Assembly: GCA_951406725.2 (NCBI GenBank)
Contig: OX597818.1
Span: forward strand, 8,680,001-8,744,000
Length of the DNA: 64,000 bases
Reading direction: 5' to 3'
DNA from: Octopus vulgaris
Taxonomy: Eukaryota
Shown: positions 24,302 through 37,925 of the stretch, piece after piece
Numbering within the stretch: position 1 is the first letter of the stretch
Layout: each line of letters starts with the position of its first letter
Made by a program: the position numbers and the translations under genes
The notes under the pieces: model-generated
The model's input: the letters and a program-made list of their open reading frames with translations, nothing else
Database searches by the model: none
Told to the model about the DNA's origin: nothing

Positions 24302-27300
24302 TATTCTGTGGAAAGATTCCGACCAGTCCCATGTAACTAACAGGAGACCGATGCATTTCAATAAAATAAAGAGCTGTCGAGTTGACTGCAGCAATTGATT
24401 CTGAGCAATTGACTGTGAGCAGTTTACAAGGAGCGTTGAACCTCGTGTATCAGCAATCGTATCGTGTCGTGTGAATACTTTCTTTCCCACCGCTTCGTTA
24501 AATTACTTATCCAACAAGTGCTAGAATTAATGTTCAAGAAGTTTGAAAATACATCAGGATCGTACTCTCCCAGACAGCGTAGCAAATTCAATTGCAGAAT
24601 TCAGTTACACTCCAGATACGGAAAAATCTTCAAAGAAAAACGGAAAATTGGTCTCAGGAGAAAAATTACGACTACTTTAAAGAAAGTTATCCCCTGCCGA
24701 ACACGAAAAATATAGGAACTATATTCTGCCGAAGAAACCAACTTAGATTTTATTCAATCAAACAATTTTTTTTTTGAAACTTTTCAGTGAAAGTAGTTCC
24801 CTGTTTAATACTCGCTGGTAGTGTTTAAAATTGGTAAAAAATGATGATGGAGATTTCGTCACCTATGATGGGGTAGTTAAGTGTGGTAAGGTAAGTAATA
24901 CCATAGTAAAACAAAACCCCAAAACAGGTTCAACAGAAAAAATCACGTAAACAGGTTATCAGTGACAAGAAAAACGAACGCACCTCAAAGGAAATTTGTG
25001 TATGTAAAAATTGATAACACAAATGTAAAGTTACAATTGGATACAGGCACTAATATCTCGATAATTAACGCAGATACATGGGAAAATATCGGGAGACCTA
25101 TATTAAAAAAAAAGTTCGAAAAGTACACGTGATGTTTCAGGAAAGAAATTACATTTTAATGGCGAAATGTTAAGTGACGTTACATTTCGTGGAAAAACCT
25201 TAAAAGCCAAAGTTTTTGCGTGGAATAATAGAAATTTATTCGGGACAGATTGGATGGAACTATTTAACTTATGGGACCTGCTCATTAACATTTTCTGTAG
25301 AAATGTGAATTGTTTTTCAGCCAGTACAGATAAGCCGTCCCACAAATTAAAGAAAAAATTAAAAAAGATTTTTCCTCAAGTTTTGTCTGATGAATTAGGT
25401 CTTTGCACAAAAACAAAGGTGAAGTTTCGAGTAAAAGAAAATGCTCTTCCTGTATTTAAACCAACACGAATTTTACCTTTCGTAGCGTTGAGATAAGTCA
25501 AGGAAGAATTGGGTAAACTCGGAAAGCGTGGAGATATTGAAAGAATTTAGTCTGCTGAATAGGAATCACCAACAGTTTTCGTCTAGAAAAAAAACAATAA
25601 AATGTGTGTATGTACGGGTTTTATCAACTGGTTTAAACGAGTTTTTGATGATACAAAATTTCCGCTACCAAGTCCGTAAAGTTGAATGGAAGAAGTTTTT
25701 TTCAAAGTTGAACCTCAACATGAAAACCTTCACAGATTTTCACATGTAGAAATTTTCGACTACAGAATAATTATCGTTATTATCTATCTGGAGTCGAAGA
25801 ACGTGATTTCTNNNNNNNNNNNNNNNNNNNNNNNNNNNNNNNNNNNNNNNNNNNNNNNNNNNNNNNNNNNNNNNNNNNNNNNNNNNNNNNNNNNNNNNNN
25901 NNNNNNNNNNNGGAGTCGAAGAACGTGATTTCCTACCCATACTGGTAATAGGTTGCAACACGGGCACTACATTATTAAACTATGATCTTAAGATAGAGTA
26001 TATACCATATAAGAAATTAGGACATGCTGATTGTTTATCAAGACTGATTTCAGAAGGTGCTGCACGATTTGAAGATACTGTGATTGCTGCGTTGCGAGCG
26101 GAAAATGTAATTTTAAATCTCTCGTCTTGTGTTCATATATGAACTGCCAGAAAACACAAAATTACCAGCACAAAACGATAAATTCATGAACAAAATGAAA
26201 GAAATGCTGAGGGCTAAAAAAGATAGAAATATGCATTTTTCTGAATGCAACACAAATTTGAAACCATTCTGAATGTGTGACAATGTGTTGATGTGTGCAT
26301 GTAGATTTATAGTGCCAGCCACACTACAAAAGCAATTATCAAAGGATTTTCCATTGGTCGAGAATAAAATCGTCAATGAGAAGTTAAGTGCATTGGTCAA
26401 CAAGGGACTTTTATATCGAAGAACTATTGAAAGCATGCAGAGGGTCTGCCCTAGCTGCACAAGTACCTATCACTAAATGGCAACCGTGCCCAAAAACAGA
26501 TGTTCCATAGTCAAATCTGCATGTTGATTGCGCAGGTTCACTATATAGTTCATATTACCTTGTTGTGGTGGGCAGTTTTTCAAAGTGGCCTGAAGTGCAT
26601 AAGGGTAAAAAGCCGACATCTACGAGTACAGAATTTTTTTTTTACATAAGATGTTCGCTAGATATGGTATTCCTGATACCATTCCGTCTGATATTGGGAA
26701 TCAATTTATTGCAGACGAATTTAAAACCTTTTGTAAATTCCTCGTTCTCGAACCTGTAACCACTCCGCCGTATCATCGTAGGCCACAGGGAAAAGCAGCA
26801 CTTTTGTTGACACAGGATGTTATAGAGCTTTTTGTTGACACAGGACGTTATAGAAGGCGAAGAATTAAGTAATAGACAACCTTGCACTATAATTTAGAAG
26901 ATTATACCGAGGAACACTTAATACGAATGTCACCTGCTGAATTGATATTTGCCCAGAAAAATCAGATCCGTATTTGATAAGCTGATAGCGAGGGAAATTA
27001 GAAAAAAAGGCGAACAACAAATATCCTTCAAAATTCTTGAAGTTAGGAAACAAAGTTTTTGATTTTTTTCAAAACCTATAGATACGGTTAAGAAAGCTGG
27101 GAGAATGGTGATACTTATTAAACAGATTGGAAGACTGTTAAAAAAGAGGTAAAAGGAGAAAATGTCCTATAAAGACTTATAAACTAACTTTCACTGTAGA
27201 AACAGTTATGACGTATGAAATTCCCATGGAAGTATTGTACGACACGTTTGAGGTACCAACATCCAAGCAAATAAAACTAGCACAAGAAAAAAGGAAAAGA

Positions 27301-27612
27301 ACGGAAGCATTAAGCGTAAGAGACAAAAAAACTGGGAGTTTAATTCCCAGAAATGGGAGAAGTTGTGGGAGGCTAACTCTCAAAAGGAGATATGTTTTGG
27401 AAGGTTGCCGACCACCCCAATATGCCTAAAAGTAGACTGACGCATTTCAATAAACTAAAGAACTGTCAAGTTCACAGAGACAATTGTGAGCAATTAACTG
27501 TAAACAATTGACTGTGGGCAGTTGACAGAGAGTGTTAAACCTCGTGTAACGGTAATCTTATTGCGCTGTGTGAATATCTTTTCCCCCGCTTCGTTAAATT
27601 ATTTATCCAACT
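24302..27612 (+). mobile_element. Decayed Gypsy/Ty3 LTR retrotransposon (LTRs ~24302-24516 and ~27393-27612)
   Basis: Diverged ~210 bp direct repeats ending CCGCTTCGTTAAATTA.TTATCCAAC; purine tract before the 3' LTR; protease LQLDTG (~25030); RNase H HADCLSR (~26020); integrase FSKWPEV and FARYGIPDTIPSD in Gypsy order. Confidence 0.88.
25812..25911. other. Assembly gap (100 N)
   Basis: N run; the same 21-mer occurs on both sides. Confidence 0.99.
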
Positions 27613-28413
27613 CCAGGATATAAAAATTAAGTTAAAGGATTCTATTTTGTAGATATCTAAAAATTTTAAAAGGTATTTGCATCACATGTATTGTCTGTCA
27701 TCAGTGACCCCTTAGCTTATGTGCGTCGGCAAGAAACATATTGTAAAGTGACAGGTGACTTAGAATAGCTTAGCCTGCAGTTCACATTTAGTTACTATGT
27801 TCTTCTTAATACACATTTGTGATGTTTCATTCGAATGTTGTCTGTGAACCACATCTTTCGGTCATAATTGGCCTAACGTTTGTGAAAGTAACATTTGACT
27901 TAAGAAGCGCGTGCGTGGTTCATTTATTTCTTTCGTATGTCTACGTACCGAAAAAGCAATTCTGCATTTGATGCCCTCGATGCGTTGCATTGCATCTTTT
28001 CAGTTTGTTAGTTTGTTCAGAAAGTAGATGTGGCATCAGTCTAATTTGTTTCGCTTTTACTACTGGCATATTTGTAAGGGATGCCTTGAGTAATTCAAAT
28101 CATTTGCTTATCCTCTCTAACGGCTAGTCTTAAGGATAATCTATATCAGCAGTTAGAATACACCTTGTGTAGCCATTTCATGATTGAGACTTTGGTATTT
28201 ATTTTGACTCAAATTGTGATTGAAACTATTAAGAGATATTATTTATCTTTGAGTTTGTGGAAAACTTGTCCAATAGCTGGCTTCGTTTTGTCGCTCCGTC
28301 TGTTTTCGTTCAGTCTCCTTGTATTGTATTTCTCCACTGCCCTGTTTCTTTCCTAAATTTGACCCTCCATAAAACCCAAATTTCATTTTGGTACTTTTGG
28401 TACTCATGTCGAA

Positions 28414-28471
28414 GAACTATTGAACTATTAAAGAACTATTGAACTAAGAACTATTGAAGAACTATTGAACT
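28414..28471 (+). repeat. Short tandem array of GAACTATT units
   Basis: About six imperfect copies. Confidence 0.8.
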
Positions 28472-28857
28472 GCCTTCGAAGACTCATATTGTCGTTCAAT
28501 GCTCGAAATTAGTTAGATAGACATCCGACAACTGATGAAGGGCCGTTCTTTCTGTTCCTTGTTCGGTTTTCTATTTGTCTCTCTTGCGGTTAGCGTATTG
28601 AACTAATTTATTTTCGTATTTCAGGTTGTTTACTGTTAGTGATGTCCTGTACCCATATGTGTATGTGCAGGTACATATATGTATGTATATAAATATATAT
28701 ATACATATATATATACATATATATATACATATATACATACATATATATTATTTATATTATGATTTGATTGAGCGCCACGTATCCATTTCCAAGTAAGTTT
28801 ATCTTATATATCTTACATATATGCGTGTGTGTGTGTGTGTGCGTGTGTGTGTGTGTA

Positions 28858-28896
<39 letters not shown>

Positions 28897-28999
28897 GTTA
28901 ATAGTGTACTACTCAGTGATGGTAGGATCAACAAAATGTACCACGGCTTAACAAACTAAAATGGGACAATAGTTATTTCCGCTTTGATTGTAGAATATA

Positions 29000-29930
29000 A
29001 GGATAGAAAAAGAATAGGTTAGAGTCTGTGTTAAAGCTGTTCAATTCGTCAACAATCAATTATCCATATTCTTACAATCGCTGAAAATTTCTGATCTAGA
29101 TTTCAACAATGTGTTACAGATCTTAGATCTGAGGTATGGGGTGGGTGGAAATTTATATTACATTCCCCTTTATGTAGTATAGCATTCGACTTCATAGCCC
29201 GTACGGGGGTATCCAAGTTATTGGCTTTGCTTTGACCTTTTGCTGGAAGAGTTATATGATTAGCATAGCGATTTTTGAAACCGCTTTCACATATTCCGAT
29301 ATAGCTCTTATTATTTGTTGTGCAATCATCCTGCGTTGCTGTAATTTCTGTCTCATATGTGAAGAATATAATAATACATCCCTGGGTCTCGACATGTACA
29401 ACTAGGACTAGTTATTGGAGTTACTTTCCTGTAGTAATACTTTTCGTATTGGAGCAGCAGCTATATGATAATTTCATGCAATGCCTGCTAAGTAGTTTCT
29501 TCAATGATTTTCTGGAAACTTTTTTCTATGTGATACAAGAATCTTTTACCTATATAGGTTTTTGCATTAACGGAAAGAGAGGGTGGACCAACTTATTTTC
29601 CTAGATCTATTTTTAGGTCTATTAATGTTATTATTCCTTTTAGTATTAGTGGAGTTATATATTAATTTGTCCTTAAGGCCAATATTGGCTAAGGCATCGT
29701 AGTAGCAGGGGCTGCCTTCTCAAAAATTTCTTCACAAATGTTACCCACCAGGTTTTTAAATTCTAGACGGGGTTAAAAGACTGCTTATGTCTATAGGAAA
29801 GTTTCTCGTTGAGCTTATAGTAAGGCTCATAAGTGTAGGGAAACATAAACAAAAATAAACTTTATGCTGATTAGCAGCGATTGTGATTTTAAGGCCCATT
29901 TAACTGAAGGAAGAGGTAAGTTGTTACCTA
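29000..29930 (-). mobile_element. Penelope-like remnant (RT C-terminus plus GIY-YIG)
   Basis: Minus-strand KSYIGICESGFKNRYANH (~29260-29310), PPSLSVNAKTYIGKRFL (~29540-29590), EEIFEKAAP (~29710-29735). Confidence 0.7.
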
Positions 29931-32352
29931 AATTTATCTAAAGAAGTGTTATCTTGGTTTATATGCAGGCGAATTAAAAAATCACTATGCATATCACATA
30001 TCTTCTTTGCGACACAGGGACAAAAGTACATCTACGTGGCTAGTTACGTATGGAGTCTGAAGTCGTGCGCCATGCCACATACGATAAAGTGGAAAGTAGT
30101 TGAAACATTACACCATATGTTAACTGACCAAAATAATGTAAGCTATGCTTAGCTGAAAGAAAGCAGATCATTTTCAGTCCTAAGGACTCTAACACACTGC
30201 CGAATTCAAAACTTGAAATGTTCGGCGATTTTGATCAGGTGGTTAATTTCCTGTTGATGAACTGGAAAGATCCACCTTCTCCAGATTGAATAAATGTACC
30301 ACAGTTCATCTAGCCTTGTATTTTACTGTGAAAAGGTCAATAACTCTAATTCCTCCCTTCTGATTCTTTCTGCTTTCGTTTTCGCTTTCCACTTTTTCAG
30401 CTTTCTACTTTTTAGATGTACTTTATTTGCTTTTTCTCTCATCCTATCGTCCACTTTTAGTTTACTCTGTCGTGATTGCAGTGTTTGGAAGAATGTACTG
30501 AGACACCAAACGTGTTAAGTATATAGTCCGGCATACTCTCACCGCCTGAAACTAATAGCAAATAAAAATATATATTGTGTTTATTAAATAATATGTATCT
30601 ACATGTGTGTGTATGAGGGAAAGAGATAGAAAGAGGGAAAGGGAGAGAGAGAGAAATATATTATATGTATGCATGTGTATGAATTTGAACAGGAGCCAAG
30701 AATGCTGCATCGGCTAAGAAATATTGGCAGAATAAGAAAGCCATACAAACAGTGATATAGAGTTAATATTCTATAAATGACAGAGCGTGTGTGCATGAGA
30801 AAAGGACAAAGAAGAGTTTGAGAAAATGAGTTGTACCAATTATTTATTCTGTGATATATTTCCCAGCGTCTATAGGCGGTTAAACTAATTTATTAAATGT
30901 TCTGTGTGCGGATTTTAAAGAGAAGATATACATTTTCATGACAGCACAGCGCAGGAAGAGAAATTTAATTAATAAACATTGGTAAAATGCTGGAAATGGA
31001 TTATTGGGATATATAAACAAAAAGTACATATAATTTTCCTTTATATGCTAAGAAATAACAGAAAGAGGCAGAAAAGGATAAGAGAAAGAGTGGCATAATG
31101 GGAAAGCGGCAGTGTTAGTGCGTATGTGAACGGTGATGGAGGTGAGAATGTGTGATATGGAGGAGAAAGAGGGAAAGTTTACATAAATTGCTAAAGAAAT
31201 GACACGTGTTAGCAGAAAGAGAGTAATTTAAGTACTAAACTGAATGGAAGGCATGTACAGTGGATTTGCGTATAAAGTACATCTATACTGAAACCGATAA
31301 TCTGATATATAATGGAAATTCTCGAGGAAGTAACATTGCTTGGCACTGAGGTATAATTGAGATGTACAAATGGATGTCGTTATATACACAATGGTATTTG
31401 CAGAAATTCCAATTGGAAATGAGATTAAGACTCGTGTAATTGACCAAAAGTACAGGATTTATGGCTTCCTCTATTACTAAGCTGGGCACACGTTTTACGA
31501 TGGAATCTAGATTGTATATCTGTAGGTAGAAATTGTCGAAGTATCAAACCGAAGAAAAAAATAAAAGTAAAATGAAAAGCAATGTTAAAATTTCCATGAA
31601 TCTCAAAAGATGGATTACCATATTATTGAAACTTTTCATACTTGTAATGGCAGCGACAAACCAACACCAGTGGGATAATGTCTTGACAGTAGCACTTCTA
31701 CAATTTGTTTTTACAAAAATTTTCATCATCCTAAAGCACATAATTCTTCAGTTGTTTGTCTCAAATACACATTCATCGTTATTATACATCCTTCTTATAT
31801 TTACTCTTCCGGGTTTGTTTGCACATTCTTCTAGAGTCTATATCTTCTGATTTGTTTAGGCGATCTCACTGAATATTCTTTAAAATAAAATATCTAAGAT
31901 ATTCGGTAAAGAGTATAATTCTTTAAAATTTTAGCAGTAAGTCAGCATTATTAGGGGAAGGAAAGTCGATTCCATTGGCTTAGAGCTCAACTAGAATTTA
32001 TTTTACCCATCCACAAAAGACCAACGGTAAAGTCTACGCCAGTAAGATTTGAAACCACAGCAAAAAGAAGCCGAATGATACTGAAAAATACCTTGTTCAT
32101 CGTCATACTGAATCTACCACCTCACTTCCATAAGCATGCACACACACAATTATATTTATGCGTACCTAGCGTGTATGCATATATATAAAATTTGAAGTCA
32201 CTGTCAACAACATTCTTGTGTAATAATAGTAAATTTGTACTCTACTAAAGTATAGAGTGACCCATCAGATTCATATAAAGTTGTTTTTATTATTAGATAA
32301 CATAAAAACTCCAATCAAGCAGCCCCAATGCTCGCGCGCACACACATATACA

Positions 32353-32386
<34 letters not shown>

Positions 32387-32714
32387 CATACATACATACA
32401 TACATACATACATACATACATACATACATACGTACATACATACATACATACACACATATATGTATGTATGTGTGTATGTATGCATGCACGATCGCATGTA
32501 AAGCATATGTGTAGTAGATACGTAAATATGAACATTTTTTACTATTTGTGTAGATTGATAAAAATGATGAATAGCCTTAATCGATTTTTGAACTTTTCCT
32601 AAGAGGTGTGTACATCATTCACAATGATGTATTTCAATATATACATACAGATGCGTGTACACAGACATTTATGAAAGTCGGGAAAGAACATATTTCAAAG
32701 TATGTGATTATATA

Positions 32715-32752
<38 letters not shown>

Positions 32753-32758
32753 TATATA

Positions 32759-32944
32759 CCGGAGTAAACACATAAATGTGAAACAAGGTGGAAAAAGAGT
32801 ACTCAAATACCAGTGGTAGAGTAATATGCTTTATTTAAAGCAGCAGAAAATTCAACAAAACCTGTTACTCTGAGTTTCCCGTTGCCGTTCATCGGACAGT
32901 TTTTGCTAGCAAAACAGGTTTTGTTGAATTTTATGCTGCTTTAA

Positions 32945-32949
<5 letters not shown>
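32759..32949 (-). mobile_element. Short Penelope-terminus-derived fold-back element in (TA)n
   Basis: Inverted arms 32830-32866 / 32913-32949 enclosing a hammerhead motif; TA tracts on both sides. Confidence 0.7.
32862..32899 (-). ncRNA. Minimal type I hammerhead ribozyme
   Basis: CTGT-CCGATGA-ACG GCAA CGG-GAAA-CTCAGAG-TA-ACAG: perfect 4-bp stem I, GNRA-capped stem II, stem III, GUA cleavage triplet. Confidence 0.75.
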
Positions 32950-32983
<34 letters not shown>

Positions 32984-32985
<2 letters not shown>

Positions 32986-33043
32986 GATAGATAGCTAGCT
33001 AGCTAGATAGATAGCTAGCTAGCTAGCTAGCTAGCTAGCTAGC

Positions 33044-33136
<93 letters not shown>
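32984..33136. repeat. (AGCT)n/(GATA)n compound tetranucleotide repeat
   Basis: Direct reading. Confidence 0.95.
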
Positions 33137-33137
<1 letters not shown>

Positions 33138-35139
33138 TAAGGGATAAATTATTCTAGCATAACATATTGTCTAATATAATGGAATAGATGACGCCTATCC
33201 AAATGTAAAGCAATATTCAGTTGCTATAGTAGAAACATATGCTGGTCATCGTTAAATATGTTGTAGAAAAGTTTTAATAAAAGAGTTTGGACGTGATAAA
33301 ATCTTCAAACTCCTCTTGGTTTTCATTTAAACATTGTGTCTTCCCATAAATAATGCACATTTTTCAATTGCATAAACTAAAAGTCGGAGATGCACGAGAT
33401 AAAATACTTGCACCAACTTGCTCTAAAAGCTGGTAGTAATCTTACGTGGTCCTTATTCTTAGTGCAAGTGTTGAAGAGTGCAATCCAATTTTAACAGTTC
33501 TTTTTTTAGAACAAGATTATCAAAAGTAAAATGTAAAGCTTTGTATAAGCTTTGTTGTGTTAAAAATGGTTATCATAGTTGTATTAAAATACACTCATAA
33601 GTCTTTGATAATGATAAGAAAATGTTAAAAAATAGAATCTTTGACAATGATAAGAAAATGTTAAGAGGGTCTTTTTGTTTAAGCAGTTTACATGAAAGTG
33701 TTCAAAATAGCTAATAAAATAAATTTATAGATATTTTAAGTTCATCAAAAATCATGAGTGTATAGAATCATAATTAAGTATTTATACAGAATTTTAGGGG
33801 AGTGACCAACCTTTCCTTCCTTGCAATACCAAATCCGATACCAGTAAAAGGGAATGGGAACTCATCTACGAGTTACAAAACAATCATGACATCACACTCA
33901 AAGAAGCAAATAAGGGTAGCACTGTCGTAATTATGGACAAAGAACAAAAACTCTGTATCTCACCTCTTACAAGATAATACGTCCTATGAAAGAGTAGTCA
34001 ACTACCAACAATTAAAAACTGTTTCCAAATTAAACAAAACTCATTTTCCAACATCGAAATAGCTTAACGGCAAGAGAATCCGACTACCTAACAAATTTTG
34101 ACGGGAAAACCAGAAACCTCTAAGGGCTTCCGAAAATCCGCAAGAGCAAAATGATTACCGAAGCCTGGAAAGAGTCCGCCTCAACCTGCATCATTCTACT
34201 ACACCCCACGGATCTCAAACTGAGACCAATTGTGGTAGGTCCCAACTGTGAAACGCACAGATTAAGCAACTTCTTTGATATACTTTTAAAACCAATACTG
34301 AAACACATACCAAATACTGTAAGTGATGACCCGGCCCTCCTAAACCACCTCCCCAAACATACCAATAAAGACATTTTCATCGCCTCTTTTGATGTAATAA
34401 ACCTTTATATATCGATCGCACATCAATATACTCTGGAAGCCATTAAATTCTGGCTAGAAAAAGATATCCCACTAAGGTCCCGGAAAGAATAAAAAAGAAT
34501 TTATCATCGAGGGCCTTAAGTTTATCCTCCAAAACAACTTTTTAACCTATAATAACAATACCTACAGACTGTATCAGGGACTGCAATGGGTATTCATGTT
34601 ACCCCAATCTATGAACGATCCAAATCAAAATATGGGCTGCCTTTCCATATTGGAGAATTGGAAACGCTACTTGAATGACTGCTTCATCATATTGTCCCAC
34701 ACATTCGTCATTGAATTCAAAAATTTAATCAACAGTGACAACAACCATATCCAGTTTACAATGGAATATAGTCAAGACCAACCTCCATTTCTAGACATTC
34801 TTATAATAATGCACCAACGTTGAAACTGATATCCACTACAGCATCGTTAGTTGACAATGGAATAGAACGGGCCAAGATAATCGATATCCAAGACTTACGA
34901 AAACCGAAACACAATCAAGGTACATTAAATAGTCTTACATACCTCTCACCACACAATCCACGTCTACAAAAAGCACTCGAAACCCATAAAGTAATAAAAA
35001 GTCCCCCAAATTCCTAGTTTTCCCACTTCACCAATACCCAGACAGAACCACGGACCAAACATGAATAAATAAGGAAAATATACTTATTCAATAATGCAGA
35101 CCACAATTCAGCGTATTCTAACATATCCCCAGGTACACA

Positions 35140-36470
35140 TCTACAGCAAACACACACATCTGTACAAGCACACAGACAAATACAATACAAACCTCTTACA
35201 CAAACTCAGATAGACAAATGCAAATACATAGACGCATAAACACAATGTCCCCACGCTCGAGCATAAAACCCACACACATTCCAAGAAAAAACACATACAT
35301 ATATACACAAGCAATACGATTCTAGCAATCACAACTAACACTCAGAGAAACACACACATACACATATACGTAAACGCATACATTCACACACCACACACCG
35401 CCTTGACAATTACAAGACACACTCACACAAACATACTCACGCATACACAGATACACACAAACACGCAAATACAACACAACTCACCTCATTCACACACACG
35501 CATATATACCCACATACGTACACACACACAAACATAATATGCCCCTTCTCCAGTAAAACACCACACACACATACTTGAAGAAAAAAAACACACACACACA
35601 TATATACGCAATAAATCCCAACAATCCCAACATTCACAGACACACACACACATACATACACACACAACTTCGCACACACACAATAACACACACCACCCTG
35701 ACATATACAAGACACTTTGACAAACACACCCACACGTATACATACAGACTGCACAAATAAAACAAATAAAACACAATAATACACCTAAACATAAACACGC
35801 ACCACACAGAAAAAAAATAACATACACAGATGCATTCACAGGTACACACACACCCGAAAACTACATAAACCACACCCACATATACACACACACACAAACG
35901 CATACTCAGTGCAAGCATGCACAGTACGTACACGCACACACATACACACCATTCGGATAAACGTAACACACACGGACACACACAGAACCCCTGAAAATAC
36001 CACACAGTCACACACACATACATATGCACCCTCACACACACATACGGATGCACACACACCACCTAGACAATTATAACTCTACAAACATACAGAGACAAAC
36101 ACAGACACAGACTCACGCACACGCACATAACATCCCCACCAACATAGCACACACAAACATACACACGCACAGACACAAACGCACACATACACACACACGA
36201 AATAACACATATACACAAGCTCATACACACACATGCGCACACACAGCACCCTGACAAATACACATCACAGACATAAACATATATGCACACACACAAACAG
36301 GCACACATATACATGCACCCCCCTGCTAAATATAAAGCACACACATAAACAAGCCAATACACACACCACACTGTACTCTAAGACCAGTAAAAAAAAAAAC
36401 ACACATACAAATACAAGCACCTATACATACACAAACACATAGAAACGTGCACATCCACTCACACTATCTT
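35140..36470. repeat. ~1.3 kb degenerate CA-rich low-complexity tract inside the Penelope element
   Basis: Strongly A/C-biased with imperfect ACAC units. Confidence 0.85.
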
Positions 36471-36644
36471 GAACTCTAAGACCAGTACAAAAAGCATTGA
36501 AATATGACAGACTAACCCAGAAACAAGATCCTTTTGATTCCAGAATGCTCTCCCCACCTTCGAACCTCCAACACTATTTCTAAAAATAACAAACATCCCT
36601 TAAACACATATTACAAGACAGGAGATGAAGGAAGAAAAGGTTGG

Positions 36645-37925
36645 TACGAGGGACGTTCAATAAGTAATGCCTCTAACCCATTTGCAGTTGTTTGATCTAG
36701 CTGAAATTTTGCATGTGCAATTATTTATATCTCTATAGAGTAAGTGACAAATTACAGCTCTGAACTAATTGTGGTTTATGATTTACAGGTGTTTGAACTG
36801 AGTCAAGTGTGAAATGGAGCCTGTTGAGTGTCGAGCAGTGATCCGGTTTTTGTATTTGAAAGGACGCACACCGCAGGAGACTTTTGATGAAATGAAAGTA
36901 ACTTATGGTGATGATGCCCCATCATATGACCTTGTAAAACGCTGGCATCGTGAATTCAAACATGGTCGGAACTCTGTGGAAACAGCTCCCAGATCTGGTC
37001 GCCCCCTTCTGCCATTGATGAGGCATCTGTCCGTCAAGTTGAGGCTGCCATATTGGAAGATCGACGCATAACTATTCGCCAAATAGCCCATGAGGTCAAG
37101 ATTAATACCGGGTCTGTGGAAACTATCATTCATGACAATTTGCATATGCAAAAGGTGCCTGCCAGATGGATTCCCAGGTTGCTCACGCCTTTTCAGAAGC
37201 AAGAACGCGTCGAGTGCTCGAGGATGAATTTGGAGATGTGCCAAGAAGATGAGTCAACATTTTTCAAAAGACTGATTACACAGGATGAAACCTGGGTCCA
37301 TCACGATGATCCAGAGACCAAAGCCCAGTTAATGCAGTGGAAGCACCGTGACTCACCCCCTCCAAATAAGGCAAGGGTGCAGCCCTCCGCTGGCAAGGTC
37401 ATGCTCACAGTCTTCTGGGACCAGGACGGAGTAGTGATGACAGATTTCCTGGCAAAGGGTACCACAATTACAGGAGCCTATTATGCTTCACTTCTGAGGA
37501 AATTAAGAGAAGTTATCAAAATCAAGTGGCGGGGCAAGATCAGCAAAGGCATCCTCCTCCTGCAGGACAACGCTCCGGTCCACAACTAGCTTGTCGCCAG
37601 ATCAGAAGCACAGGCGTATGGCTATGAACTCCTCCCCATCCCCCCTACTTTTCTGACCTTGCACCCTCTTATTTACACCTCTTCCCAGTTATGAAGTTGT
37701 TTTTGAAAGGAAAGCGTTTCCCAGATGATGCAGCCTTGATTTCTGAAGTCACGTTCAGGTTGGAGGACCAAGCTGGGGTCTTCTGCAAAACGGTCTCCAG
37801 AGCTGCATCAAACGATGGTAGAAATGCGTAACTCTGGGTGGTTCCTATGTAGACAAAGACTAATAACTGTGCCATGTTTCGTTGCTCTACTGCTATAGGA
37901 AGTGGGTCAGAGGCATTACTTATTG
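36645..37925 (+). mobile_element. Near full-length mariner (DD34D-type) transposon with pseudogenised transposase 36814-37863
   Basis: TA + TIR CGAGGGACGTTCAATAAGTAATGCCTCT; right TIR AGAGGCATTACTTATTG truncated; WIPRLL, TQDETW, LQDNAPVH, DLAPS motifs. Confidence 0.93.

Noticed and set aside
28414-28471. Short repeats suggestive of a CRISPR array
   Set aside because: 8-bp units without unique spacers, eukaryotic context, no cas genes.
28470-28545. CTGATGA and GAAA motifs suggesting another hammerhead
   Set aside because: CTGATGA at ~28532 has no downstream stem II/GAAA, and the upstream candidate lacks a convincing core.
31283-31860. Minus-strand splice-acceptor-like site (~31522) and Cys-containing frames
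   Set aside because: No recognisable domain, no donor or partner exon, stops in neighbouring frames.
35141-36442. Cys/Val-rich and His/Thr-rich ORFs (also 41815-42596, 53531-53945)
   Set aside because: Products of CA/TG/TA low-complexity sequence.
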